A stretch of DNA of 64,000 nucleotides from Candidatus Woesebacteria bacterium RIFCSPHIGHO2_01_FULL_39_32 (GTDB lineage: Bacteria > Patescibacteriota > Microgenomatia > UBA8517): the NCBI GenBank assembly GCA_001792345.1, contig MGGJ01000001.1:153710-217709 (forward strand), written 5' to 3'. Within the stretch, counting starts at the first letter, position 1, and every line of letters begins with the position of its first letter. Made by a program: the position numbers and the translations under genes. Positions 1 through 8,787 of the stretch are shown piece after piece. Under the pieces are notes generated by a model. The model had not been told where the DNA came from, did not search any database, and saw only the letters and a list, made by a program, of their open reading frames with translations.

Positions 1-1
1 A

Positions 2-607
2 ACCCTTACAAGTCTTTCGGATAGTGACTTGCAATTGGTAAAGCGCATAAATAAGACACGAAAGGTAATCGGGTTGGAGACAAATCCGCTTGGTCATCAC
101 GGTATTGATATTTTTTATAGCAAGCTAAATAAAAAAGATAGGAATTATTATTGGCAAAATCTAATTTCTAGTTTAGACGTTGGAAACCCAATATTTAAAA
201 ATGCGGTTAACGACTTATCAAACAGAATGATGTTTGCAAGCAAACTTGCAGCAGAAGGTGTTGTATTAACAGATGGAGATCCCAGAGCGGATAAAGTAAT
301 ATGGGGTCACACAAAAGGTCTTAAACCAGAAGCAACTATTCATTTTGTGATATGTCATTTGATAGATCGGCTAACTTCACAAATTTTTCAAAAATCGAAG
401 AACGAGAGATTGAACAAGATAGTATTAAATAAGCACTATCTATTTGATCCCTTTGGAGACGTGATTTTCTTACTCACAACTAAGAATATGATTAATCCAG
501 AAATTTCCTTAAGGTGGGAGCTATCTAGAGACAAAGGGGGTTTGGGTTGGAATACACCAGAAGAACAGCAAGTCTTCGATGAGGAATATAATAAACTTTC
601 AAAGTAA
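2..607 (+). CDS. Hypothetical protein, 5'-truncated (frame open to the window edge)
   Basis: ORF track 29..607. The same frame has no stop from position 2 (acc ctt aca agt ... ttg), so the gene probably starts upstream of the window. No recognisable motif. Confidence 0.6.
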   Translation, partial: TLTSLSDSDLQLVKRINKTRKVIGLETNPLGHHGIDIFYSKLNKKDRNYYWQNLISSLDVGNPIFKNAVNDLSNRMMFASKLAAEGVVLTDGDPRADKVIWGHTKGLKPEATIHFVICHLIDRLTSQIFQKSKNERLNKIVLNKHYLFDPFGDVIFLLTTKNMINPEISLRWELSRDKGGLGWNTPEEQQVFDEEYNKLSK

Positions 608-610
608 CAC

Positions 611-633
611 CTTTCAGGGTACGACCCCGAAAG
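611..633. repeat. REP-like imperfect palindrome just downstream of the RAYT stop codon (may also act as terminator between convergent genes)
   Basis: ctttc-a-gggt-acg-accc-c-gaaag: 9 paired positions, 1 mismatch, 3-nt loop. Confidence 0.65.
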
Positions 634-634
634 A

Positions 635-1318
635 TCAATCTTCGAGCGTTAAATAACCTAGGATTTCGGAACTGTCTTTTTTGTAATTTTCCACAAAATC
701 TTTGTAACTAATTACTTTTTTAAATTCAGGTGCAACTTCTTTGTTGAAGAAATTCAAAATAAAATCCGGCTTTACCCACTTAGTTTTCCGCAACCCTAAA
801 TACTCCCCATACGACGAATATGCATCAACCAAATTATCCGTATATTCGGAGGGATTTAAATGTATATACCTAGAAAGATGTAACAAATAATTATCCTCCA
901 AGATTAAAACTGCTTTATACCTGCCTTGGAAGAGGGACCCAACACGGTCGTATCTTTTATTGAAGTAGATAGAAAATCTCGTTACGATAGCCTGCATAAA
1001 GTTTTGTAATGATATGTCATCGACTTGTTTGAGAAGTAGGTGAAAATGGTTTGGCATGAGGCAATAGGCAATAAGTTCAATCTTTCCATGAAAGTTTTTA
1101 GGTTTTCTTGGAACACCTTTAAAGGCCTGGCCTTTTAAGGTAAATTCTTTAGGATTAATTTTTAATTCGTTTGGCGGAACTAAAGACTCTTTTAAGTATC
1201 TTAGAAAGACTTTGTAATCTTGAGTATCTTCGAAGATGTTTCTTTTTTCTACACCCCGATTGTAGGCATGGTAATAACCATTTTTAACATAAATTTTTCT
1301 ACTATTTTTAGCAGGCAT
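635..1318 (-). mobile_element. REP-associated tyrosine transposase (RAYT, IS200/IS605-like Y1 HUH endonuclease)
   Basis: Motifs YYHAYNRGVEKRNIF, YCLMPNHFHLLL (HUH), GSLFQGRYKAVLI, YIHLNP (catalytic Tyr), YSSY; flanked by palindromes. Confidence 0.9.
1115..1141. repeat. 27-bp palindrome inside the RAYT coding sequence
   Basis: acctttaaaggcc-t-ggccttttaaggt, one mismatch; core is shared with the upstream palindrome. Confidence 0.7.
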
Positions 1319-1331
1319 AATATATTATGCA

Positions 1332-1360
1332 TTTAAAGGCCAGGCCTTGCAAGGCCTGGC
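1332..1360. repeat. REP-like palindrome upstream of RAYT
   Basis: Perfect 22-bp palindrome gccaggccttgcaaggcctggc (1339-1360), overlapping tttaaaggccaggcctt. Confidence 0.75.
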
Positions 1361-1479
1361 AAGGAGGATATAGTAATTTGTTTAGATGCTTGTGAGTTCC
1401 TTCATTTCTGCCAAATAAAGACATATAATACAATCGGATTTTGTAAGCTTTTGTCGATAGACAGGATTTTGTTTTTCTT

Positions 1480-3027
1480 ATGAAATCGAAATACTATTTG
1501 TATCTTATTCTTCTGCTGTCACTTTTGGGGTTGGCTGATTCGTGGTATCTGACGCTGGAGCATTATGGGAAGATTATTGTTCCTTGCTCTACCGCTATTT
1601 TGGTTGATTGCGGAAAGGTTTTAAGAAGTAAATATTCGGAAGTTTTGGGGATTCCTTTGGCACTAATCGGTGTTTTTCATTATGGTCTTTTCAGTTTAGT
1701 CAATTTTTATAACGTTATTAAAAAAGATAAGCAGATTCGAGTAATTGCGATTATATTCAGCACAATTGGTACATTATCTTCTATTGTTTTTATGTATTTG
1801 CAATTTTTTGTTATTGGTTCGATCTGCCTTTACTGTACTCTTTCTGCGATCATTAGTTTTACTTTACTTTATTTAACGTATCGATTTTTCGAAGATGAAA
1901 GAAAGTTTTTGTTTATTAAGTTAACCGGGTATAAGTATCGGTATATTTTGAAAAAGATTTTGTTTCTGTTTGATGCGGAGTTTGTTCACGAAAAGACAAT
2001 TGGTTTCGGAAAATTTGTTGGTAAAAACCGATTATTAAGAAATATTTTTAGTTATTTCTACGACTACAGGAGTACTTCTTTAAAACAAAAAGTATTGGGT
2101 ATAAATTTTGAGAGCCCGATAGGTTTAGCAGCTGGATTTGATTACGATGCTAATCTGACACAATTTTTGCCATCACTTGGCTTCGGATTTATGAGCGTGG
2201 GCACGATTACGAACATGCCTTATGCGGGGAATCCCGCACCACGTTTGGGACGTTTACCAAAATCAAAATCACTTCTGGTTAATAAAGGCTTTAAAAATGA
2301 AGGTGCAGATGTTATTGCTGACAAGATTAAGAACCAGAATTTTGAAATTCCGGTAGGTATAAGTATAGGAAGAACGAATTCATCTGAACTGGACTCTCAA
2401 AAGAAAAGTATAGATGATATAATCTCAGCTTTTAAAAAATTCGAAAGTACCAAAATTAAAAATTCTTATTATGAATTAAACATAAGTTGCCCGAATTTGA
2501 TCCACCAAGGAGAAGTGGTCTTTGATGAACCGAAAAAACTTGACGAACTATTGGTTAAAGTAGATAGTTTAAAACTTAAAAAGCCTGTTTTTCTCAAAAT
2601 GCCTATCGATAAATCCGATCAGGAAACTTTAGAGCTTCTAAAAATTATTTCTACGCATTCGCCTAAAGGTGTTATATTTGGTAATCTTCAAAAGGATAAA
2701 AAACACCCGTCACTTCATTTGGATGAAGTAGCTAAATTTGAGAAGGGTTATTACAGCGGTAAGCCTACTTATCAAAGATCAAATGAATTAATAAAACTTG
2801 CATATAAAAACTTTAAAAATAGATTAGTCATAATAGGTTGCGGTGGAGTTTTTTCAGCGGAAGACGCTTACACAAAAATAAAACTGGGAGCATCTTTGGT
2901 GCAGCTTATCACAGGCCTAGTATACAATGGTCCTCAGCTGGTTGCAGAAATAAATTTTGGACTAGTAGATTTACTTAAAAAAGACGGATACAAAAATATT
3001 TCCCAAGCTATTGGAGTTGACAACTAG
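1480..3027 (+). CDS. pyrD: Fusion of an N-terminal vitamin K epoxide reductase (VKOR) membrane domain and a C-terminal class 2-like (quinone-type) dihydroorotate dehydrogenase
   Basis: VKOR: TM1 ending DSWYLT, loop cysteines VPC..VDC, V..S.YS...GIP, YLQ...IGSICLYC (CxxC). PyrD: DAEFVHE, PIGLAAGFD, GTIT, GNPAPRL.RL, NKGFKNEG, ELNISCPN, SGKP, IIGCGGV, GASLVQL.TGLVY.GP. Confidence 0.9.
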   Translation: MKSKYYLYLILLLSLLGLADSWYLTLEHYGKIIVPCSTAILVDCGKVLRSKYSEVLGIPLALIGVFHYGLFSLVNFYNVIKKDKQIRVIAIIFSTIGTLSSIVFMYLQFFVIGSICLYCTLSAIISFTLLYLTYRFFEDERKFLFIKLTGYKYRYILKKILFLFDAEFVHEKTIGFGKFVGKNRLLRNIFSYFYDYRSTSLKQKVLGINFESPIGLAAGFDYDANLTQFLPSLGFGFMSVGTITNMPYAGNPAPRLGRLPKSKSLLVNKGFKNEGADVIADKIKNQNFEIPVGISIGRTNSSELDSQKKSIDDIISAFKKFESTKIKNSYYELNISCPNLIHQGEVVFDEPKKLDELLVKVDSLKLKKPVFLKMPIDKSDQETLELLKIISTHSPKGVIFGNLQKDKKHPSLHLDEVAKFEKGYYSGKPTYQRSNELIKLAYKNFKNRLVIIGCGGVFSAEDAYTKIKLGASLVQLITGLVYNGPQLVAEINFGLVDLLKKDGYKNISQAIGVDN

Positions 3028-3048
3028 CTGAACTATAATAAATGAGAT

Positions 3049-3513
3049 ATGGACAACAAAGACAAAGAGAAATTAGAGAAATTCTTAAACGCAAATAATT
3101 TAATGACACTTGCTACAGCAAACCCTAAACCTTGGGTTGCGACGGTTTATTATGCTTTCGATAAAGGTTTTAACCTCTACTTTGTCAGCTCACCCAATTC
3201 CAAACACTCCCACGATATTGAAAAAAATAAAAACGTAGCGATTGCTATTTATGACTCACACACAAAAAACTCCGAAAGTAAAACAGGGTTACAATTACAG
3301 GGAGTAGCATCTCGAATTAAAGGTTGGGATATGACCACTAAGATGCTCAAGATCTGGCACAAATCAGCTCCAGGAATGGAAGATATAGTTAATATTAAGA
3401 ATATGAAAGCTAAAGTTATAAGTTCCAGAGTTTACAAAATTACACCTACAATAATTAAGTTTTTTAATCAGGATCTTTACGGCGAAGAAGGGTACAGGGT
3501 ATTTAAGTTATGA
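3049..3513 (+). CDS. Pyridoxamine 5'-phosphate oxidase-like FMN-binding split-barrel protein
   Basis: MTLATA..KPWVATVYY....LYFVS...S.H...I..N..VA..I; GLQLQG. Confidence 0.8.
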   Translation: MDNKDKEKLEKFLNANNLMTLATANPKPWVATVYYAFDKGFNLYFVSSPNSKHSHDIEKNKNVAIAIYDSHTKNSESKTGLQLQGVASRIKGWDMTTKMLKIWHKSAPGMEDIVNIKNMKAKVISSRVYKITPTIIKFFNQDLYGEEGYRVFKL

Positions 3514-4247
3514 ATTTAAAAGAGAAAGTTGTTGTTATTACGGGTGCGACGGGGGGAATTGGAAGCGAACTTTCGAAGGCATTCTCCCAAAAAGGCGCAC
3601 GCCTAGTCCTTATCTCGAGGAACGAGGACAAATTAAAAGACCTTATTACAAAACTTGATGGGAGCAGGCATGAGTATATCATCTACGATTTCCGTAATCA
3701 GGATAATTTCGAGGAACTGATAAAAGAACTTCGCGATAAAGCTGACAACATTGACGTTTTGATAAATAACGCAGGAATTGGAGTTTACAAATCTTTAGAG
3801 GAAGCAGAAGAAAAAGATTGGGCAGACTCGATTAATATAAATGCAACTTTCCCCTTTCTTCTAACAAAAAAACTTCTGCCAATTTTACAAAAATCAGAAA
3901 AAGGGATCGTCCTAAATGTTGGCTCGGGTATGGGTAAAATTCCTTCGGCGGGAAGAAGTGTCTACTGCGCTTCAAAGTTTGCACTAAGAGGGTTATCATT
4001 GTCGTTGTCAAAGGAATATAAAGGAACAAATATCCACTTTGTTTTAGTAACTTTAGGAAGCACTCTAACAGACTTTGGACCAATGACCCTAAAAGAAAAG
4101 CAGGAAGAAAGTCTAAAAGGTAAAGCCTATTTTACCCCCGAATGGGTGGCCAAGAAATTTGTAGAATTAATTGAAAAAGATGAGTTTGAAGATGAGATAG
4201 AGTTGTATCCATCCGAATACACCGGAAAAGAATGGCGCGCATCATGA
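3510..4247 (+). CDS. Short-chain dehydrogenase/reductase (SDR)
   Basis: TGATGGIG, NNAG, YCASK catalytic motif. Confidence 0.9.
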   Translation: MNLKEKVVVITGATGGIGSELSKAFSQKGARLVLISRNEDKLKDLITKLDGSRHEYIIYDFRNQDNFEELIKELRDKADNIDVLINNAGIGVYKSLEEAEEKDWADSININATFPFLLTKKLLPILQKSEKGIVLNVGSGMGKIPSAGRSVYCASKFALRGLSLSLSKEYKGTNIHFVLVTLGSTLTDFGPMTLKEKQEESLKGKAYFTPEWVAKKFVELIEKDEFEDEIELYPSEYTGKEWRAS

Positions 4248-4819
4248 AGTTAATTGATTTAATAAAAACACGACGAAGTATACGTAAATGGAAAATTGAT
4301 CCTATTTCATCAGAAATTATCAAAGACTTAGTCGCAGCGGGAAAAAGTGCACCATCTTCGCACGGGTCTAATCCTGTAGAACTAATTGTTGTTGATGATA
4401 TTCAACTTACTGAACAACTCCTGTCTGACAGACTTCAACTTAAAAAACCACCTCACTATATAAATTCTAGAAAGTGGGCTAAAAAAGGAGGTTTAGAGAA
4501 TTACGAGAAGGTTTCTCCTCCGCCTCTACTTGTTGTTGTTTGTGGAGATCAAAATAAATGTGAAGATTTGTCAAGCCTTCTAATAGACATGTCGGTATCA
4601 ACTGAAAATATACTCCTTACGGCTCACGGTTTAGGTTTGGGAGGTTGTTGGCTTTATGTTTATGATGAAAGCATGCCCGAAACTGAGGAGAATGTTAAAA
4701 ACTATCTTAACATTCCAAAAAATATCAGAGTTCTGTCGCTTATTGCCTTAGGTTATCCCAATGAAAAACCCACACCAGATAATAAAGATGTAAAATCTTT
4801 CCATCAAAATAAATGGTAA
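4244..4819 (+). CDS. Nitroreductase family protein
   Basis: IKTRRSIRKW, APSSHG, ENILLTAHGLGLGGCW, LGYP; ATG at 4244 overlaps the SDR stop (ATGA). Confidence 0.85.
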   Translation: MKLIDLIKTRRSIRKWKIDPISSEIIKDLVAAGKSAPSSHGSNPVELIVVDDIQLTEQLLSDRLQLKKPPHYINSRKWAKKGGLENYEKVSPPPLLVVVCGDQNKCEDLSSLLIDMSVSTENILLTAHGLGLGGCWLYVYDESMPETEENVKNYLNIPKNIRVLSLIALGYPNEKPTPDNKDVKSFHQNKW

Positions 4820-5262
4820 AAATACAAGGTCTTCACGAAAATTTTATGCGGGCTGCCTTGAAAGAAGCGATTTTTTCTAAGCGGAAGGGAGAATGGGTTG
4901 GGGGCGCAGTTTTGATTCGAGGCGGGAAAATAATCGCTAAAGCACAAAATACAGTTCAATTATCAAAAGATCCAACAGCCCACTCAGAAATTAATGTAAT
5001 CAGAAAGGCTTGCAGAAAGTTAAATACTACAGATCTAGAAGGAACGGATTTATACACAAATGCTGAACCGTGCCCCATGTGTATGTCTGCCTGTATCTGG
5101 TCAAATATAAGAAATGTTTACTATGGTGCAAGTCTCAAGGACTTAATGAAACTTGGAGATTTTCAAATTAAGATATTTAATTCAGATATTGTGAAAAAGT
5201 CATTTCGAAAAGTTGGTATTAAGGGTGGTATTCTAAGAGAGGAAAGTTTAAAACTTTTATGA
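4813..5262 (+). CDS. Nucleoside/guanine deaminase, cytidine-deaminase fold
   Basis: DPTAHSE and EPCPMC zinc motifs; ACIWS and YYGA resemble GuaD-type more than TadA. Confidence 0.8.
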   Translation: MVKIQGLHENFMRAALKEAIFSKRKGEWVGGAVLIRGGKIIAKAQNTVQLSKDPTAHSEINVIRKACRKLNTTDLEGTDLYTNAEPCPMCMSACIWSNIRNVYYGASLKDLMKLGDFQIKIFNSDIVKKSFRKVGIKGGILREESLKLL

Positions 5263-5756
5263 AAAAGGTAACGGCGACGAAAATAGTAAAGACTGTAGAG
5301 AAGTTGAAGAGGGATGGGAAGAAGTGGCATTTCCATTTACTTACGCCAGGGTGTGTTTTTAATGAAGAGAAAATGTTTGCCTTAATTTTGGAGAGTTCGA
5401 CGGATGGAGATCACCTGGTACACCACTCCCTCAAAAAGCCGGCAGATGCGGGTAAAAAATTGGTTGAACTTCTTCATGGAAAAGATATCTCTAAAAAGAA
5501 GTCGAAAAAATCATCTAAAAAACTTTCAGCAAAAGTAACTATGATGATTGAAAGAGCAATTCAGTTAAATAACAAAGGATTTGCCTGGCACCACCATCTT
5601 TTATTTCCCGATTGTATATTTAATCATGATACACGCTATTGGACTCTCGTTTTTGAAGATCCTTTAAATGGAAAGGTAATAAAAGATATGTCAAAAGAAG
5701 AGCCAAAGGAAGCACTGAAAAAAATTGAGCCCCTTTTCTACGCCCAGAAAAAATGA
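5259..5756 (+). CDS. Hypothetical protein with two tandem WHxHLLxPxCxFN repeats
   Basis: Internal duplication WHFHLLTPGCVFN / WHHHLLFPDCIFN; ATGA overlap with the upstream gene. Confidence 0.7.
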   Translation: MKKVTATKIVKTVEKLKRDGKKWHFHLLTPGCVFNEEKMFALILESSTDGDHLVHHSLKKPADAGKKLVELLHGKDISKKKSKKSSKKLSAKVTMMIERAIQLNNKGFAWHHHLLFPDCIFNHDTRYWTLVFEDPLNGKVIKDMSKEEPKEALKKIEPLFYAQKK

Positions 5757-5783
5757 GAAACGCATCAAAAACTTTTATAGAGT

Positions 5784-6707
5784 ATGACCGAAGAAACTAG
5801 TACTGGCTTGAAAGATATAAGTCAGATTCCAAAGAGTGAAGTCGAGCGAATTGTTCAATGGAGCAAATTAGCAAGGAATCCGAGATATAATCGTTGTGAC
5901 GAAGGATGGTCTGGTTTTGGAAAAAACTGTTTTGGTTATCATGGTTACTTCGCTTTCTTAGACGCAACGGGTTCAGTTTCAAGTCCTCGTGCTCATGAGG
6001 GATTTTATTTAAGTGGCCTTGGATCTGCAACGGGAGATCAGGAAGGCAACAATAACCCCGCTGTACTAATTTCTGGACTTGCTACTCCATCGATGGCTGA
6101 AATTGCAGTTAGAGGTGTAGAAAGAGGCACTGCAATAGACATTATTGATATTTGTGAGACTCCACTTCTTGTAACTCAAACTACTATTCCCAAGTTAAAA
6201 GAGCATGATTTGCGGATAAAACAACAAGATGTTCTAGATTTAGATGGATTATTAGAAATGGCTGAACATCGGGGATTATATTCTGCAGTGGTTACAGATG
6301 CTTTTTTAACGCGTTTTCATGATGATGAAAAACATCAGGTTTTAGAAAGCTTTTCTCGGATATTAAGAAGGAGTTCAGGTAGTTTAATAACAACATGGAG
6401 AATTAGAGATGAACAACAGGATGAAAGGGGTTATGGAACCGAACTGGACAGAGAAATTTTTATCGAGAACGTTGTAGCTGCCGCGGAAGGATTGGGTATA
6501 CCTTACACTCTAGATGAAATTGGAGCTGCGTATAATTATGCTTCAACAATGACAAGTCATGGGGGTCAATCAATTGGGGAAATTAGAAGTATGGTTGAAC
6601 AACATTTCAAAGATGTAAGAATCGAAAGTACATGGCCCTACAAAGTTTATGATGTTACTATGAGAACGTATGCCAGGATTCTAGCAAGAGATCCAAAAAA
6701 TACTTGA
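5784..6707 (+). CDS. Probable class I SAM-dependent methyltransferase-fold protein
   Basis: VLISG (motif I-like), IDIIDICETPL, QDVLDL, VVTDAFL, RIL...GSLITT follow Rossmann MTase strand order. Confidence 0.5.
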   Translation: MTEETSTGLKDISQIPKSEVERIVQWSKLARNPRYNRCDEGWSGFGKNCFGYHGYFAFLDATGSVSSPRAHEGFYLSGLGSATGDQEGNNNPAVLISGLATPSMAEIAVRGVERGTAIDIIDICETPLLVTQTTIPKLKEHDLRIKQQDVLDLDGLLEMAEHRGLYSAVVTDAFLTRFHDDEKHQVLESFSRILRRSSGSLITTWRIRDEQQDERGYGTELDREIFIENVVAAAEGLGIPYTLDEIGAAYNYASTMTSHGGQSIGEIRSMVEQHFKDVRIESTWPYKVYDVTMRTYARILARDPKNT

Positions 6708-6708
6708 T

Positions 6709-7257
6709 ATGAAAAACGCACTGATTTTGCACGGAATTATGGGTAGAGCTGGAGGGAATTGGATGCAATGGTTACATGATGAACTAACTAAAAGAAGTTA
6801 TAAAGTTTTGATGCCACAACTACCAAATCCTGATCATCCTGATCGTAATGGGTGGCTCGGGTTTTTGAAGAATATAACGAAGGATATCGATTTTTTACAA
6901 CTAACCATTGTAGGACATTCTTTAGGTGTTACATCTGCATTGGATTTAATCGAATCTGAAAATAAGGTATTAAAATTGCTAATTTCAGTATCTGGGTTTT
7001 CAAAGCCGTATGGACTAGAACTAAATGAATATTTTTTAAAAATAAAGAAAATAGATATGAAAAAGGCAGGAAGTTTAATTAAGAAAGTTGTTGTAATACA
7101 TAGCGACAACGACCCTTATGTAGCACAGTGGGCTCTCAAGGATTTGGCAGATAGTTTTGGAGTTGATCCTATTATTATTAAAAATGGTGGGCATATTAAT
7201 TCGGATGCTGGTTTTACTAAATTCCCATTACTTCTTGAATTGTTGAAAGAAAAATGA
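6709..7257 (+). CDS. RBBP9/YdeN-family alpha/beta hydrolase
   Basis: ILHG, W..WL, GHSLG nucleophile, SDNDPYV, GGHIN. Confidence 0.85.
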   Translation: MKNALILHGIMGRAGGNWMQWLHDELTKRSYKVLMPQLPNPDHPDRNGWLGFLKNITKDIDFLQLTIVGHSLGVTSALDLIESENKVLKLLISVSGFSKPYGLELNEYFLKIKKIDMKKAGSLIKKVVVIHSDNDPYVAQWALKDLADSFGVDPIIIKNGGHINSDAGFTKFPLLLELLKEK

Positions 7258-7772
7258 GTAAAAATGAACTTTTGGATTTGGTGAATGAGAAAGATGAAGT
7301 GATTGGAACCGTTTGGAAAAGCGAAGCACATAAAGACCCCACAAAAATTCACAGAGAAGTAGCAATTGCAGTCTTTAACGAAAAAGGTGAAGTTTTACTT
7401 CAGCAACGTAGTATGAAAAAACTAACCGGCCGTGGTGAGTGGAAGATAACAGCTGCAGGTCATGTTGGAAGAGGTGAAGATCCCCAGAAAGCTGTTGTGC
7501 GTGAAGCAGAAGAAGAACTGGGATTAAAAATAGTACCGAAGTATTTTGGTAAGAAGTTTGTTATCCGCGGAGATAAAGAGGCTAGGTTTTTTTGGATATA
7601 TTACTCGATAGTAAAAAATCATCCATCATTAAAATTAGACGAAGATGAAGTTATGGATGCGAGATGGGTAAAATTGGATAAGTTAGAAGAATTTGCAATC
7701 AAAAACGATTACGACTTACTAGGTAATTCGCACAAAATAATTGTAGAATTAAAAAAGAAATTAAAATTATGA
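7254..7772 (+). CDS. NUDIX hydrolase (IDI type 1/YfcD-like)
   Basis: HR.V...VFN..G..LLQQRS; GHV..GE....AVVREAEEELG Nudix box. Confidence 0.85.
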   Translation: MSKNELLDLVNEKDEVIGTVWKSEAHKDPTKIHREVAIAVFNEKGEVLLQQRSMKKLTGRGEWKITAAGHVGRGEDPQKAVVREAEEELGLKIVPKYFGKKFVIRGDKEARFFWIYYSIVKNHPSLKLDEDEVMDARWVKLDKLEEFAIKNDYDLLGNSHKIIVELKKKLKL

Positions 7773-7820
7773 ATGTACAGAAAGTTGATGTTGTGAGGCT
7801 ATATAGCGTAAGATGATTAT

Positions 7821-8363
7821 ATGCTGGAGGTTCTTACCTATATTTTTGTAGTATCACTCTCAACCGCAATTCCTCCCTTTGTTGCCGTTCCACTTGAACT
7901 GGCAGCACCTTCGAAATTTGGTTTGCCACTAGCCTTTATTTATACACTCTTCGGTAACATAGTCGGAGCAACCGCAGGATTTTTAATAGCAAGAAAGTAT
8001 GGATGGGTTGTAATTGAGAGGGTTTTCCACGAGCATCACGTTACAAGAGCCAAGAGTATTGCCAAAAAATACACATTTTGGAAAATGACTTGGACTAGAA
8101 TGTTTTTGGTGAGCCTTTTTGATGTGCTTTCTTGGGCTGCGGGTTTGACAACAATTTCTCTTGGTAGATTTATATTATCGACCGTAATTTCAAATATCCC
8201 TGTGGTTACTGTTATTCTTGTTTTTGGAAACTCTATTAATATAAGTTATGCAATGATGGGATGGATGAGTGTTGGAGTTTTGATTATTTCGGTGTATGTT
8301 CTTTACAAAGCGCTAAGATTAAGGTCTGTACCTGAAGAGGCTACCGAGAAAAATGCATTATGA
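7821..8363 (+). CDS. VTT/DedA (TVP38/TMEM64) family membrane protein
   Basis: G..GA..GFLIARKYG, R.......FD..SWAAGLT.I....F; several TM segments. Confidence 0.8.
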   Translation: MLEVLTYIFVVSLSTAIPPFVAVPLELAAPSKFGLPLAFIYTLFGNIVGATAGFLIARKYGWVVIERVFHEHHVTRAKSIAKKYTFWKMTWTRMFLVSLFDVLSWAAGLTTISLGRFILSTVISNIPVVTVILVFGNSINISYAMMGWMSVGVLIISVYVLYKALRLRSVPEEATEKNAL

Positions 8364-8749
8364 ATGCTCAAAAAGTTATTGAGGAATTAAAAAAGCAATA
8401 TCCAGGGAAAAATATTATTATTAATGATCCGGATAATCCAACGGAAGTAATATGTGAAGTTGAACCGGCGAGCCTTAACCCCGAAAGAAGTGTAGCTATT
8501 GCAGTTTTAGATAGTAATGTTAAACATTATCATAGACTCGCGAAAGAAATTTATGAGGTAATAAAAGGTAATTTGGAGATAACGAAGGAAGGTAAAACTT
8601 ATTTTCTCTCGCCCGGCGAGAAGTTAGAAATTCAACCGGAAGAGTACCATATGGCAATGGGTAAAGAGACTTGGGTGAAGGTAACCTCTGAACCAGCATG
8701 GACTTCGGAGGATCAGATACCAATAGAAGAAGGAACTAAATTCCAATAG
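8360..8749 (+). CDS. Cupin-domain protein
   Basis: HYH....EIYEVIKG and L.PGE...I.P..YH cupin motifs. Confidence 0.8.
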   Translation: MNAQKVIEELKKQYPGKNIIINDPDNPTEVICEVEPASLNPERSVAIAVLDSNVKHYHRLAKEIYEVIKGNLEITKEGKTYFLSPGEKLEIQPEEYHMAMGKETWVKVTSEPAWTSEDQIPIEEGTKFQ

Positions 8750-8780
8750 TAGTGAGTAGTGTGTTGTGGGTAGTGGGTAG
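8750..8780. repeat. Degenerate heptamer tandem repeat (intergenic)
   Basis: tagtgag tagtgtg ttgtggg tagtggg tag. Confidence 0.6.
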
Positions 8781-8787
8781 CTAAAGC

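Noticed and set aside
635-1318. IS200/IS605 element with TnpB
   Set aside because: No tnpB adjacent; length and motifs (NRG, QGRY, YIHLNP, SSY) fit the RAYT subfamily instead.
3017-3039. TTGACA plus TATAAT as a consensus sigma70 promoter
   Set aside because: Spacing is only 11 bp, so the TTGACA (inside the pyrD 3' end) cannot be the cognate -35.
4813-5262. tadA (tRNA adenosine deaminase) or an anti-phage deaminase
   Set aside because: Lacks TadA-specific features (EVPVGA, TLEPC, C-terminal FF..R) and has no defence context; left as a generic nucleoside/guanine deaminase.
7254-7772. idi (isopentenyl-diphosphate isomerase)
   Set aside because: The catalytic Cys motif is replaced (TAAGH) and no mevalonate genes are nearby; called generic NUDIX.
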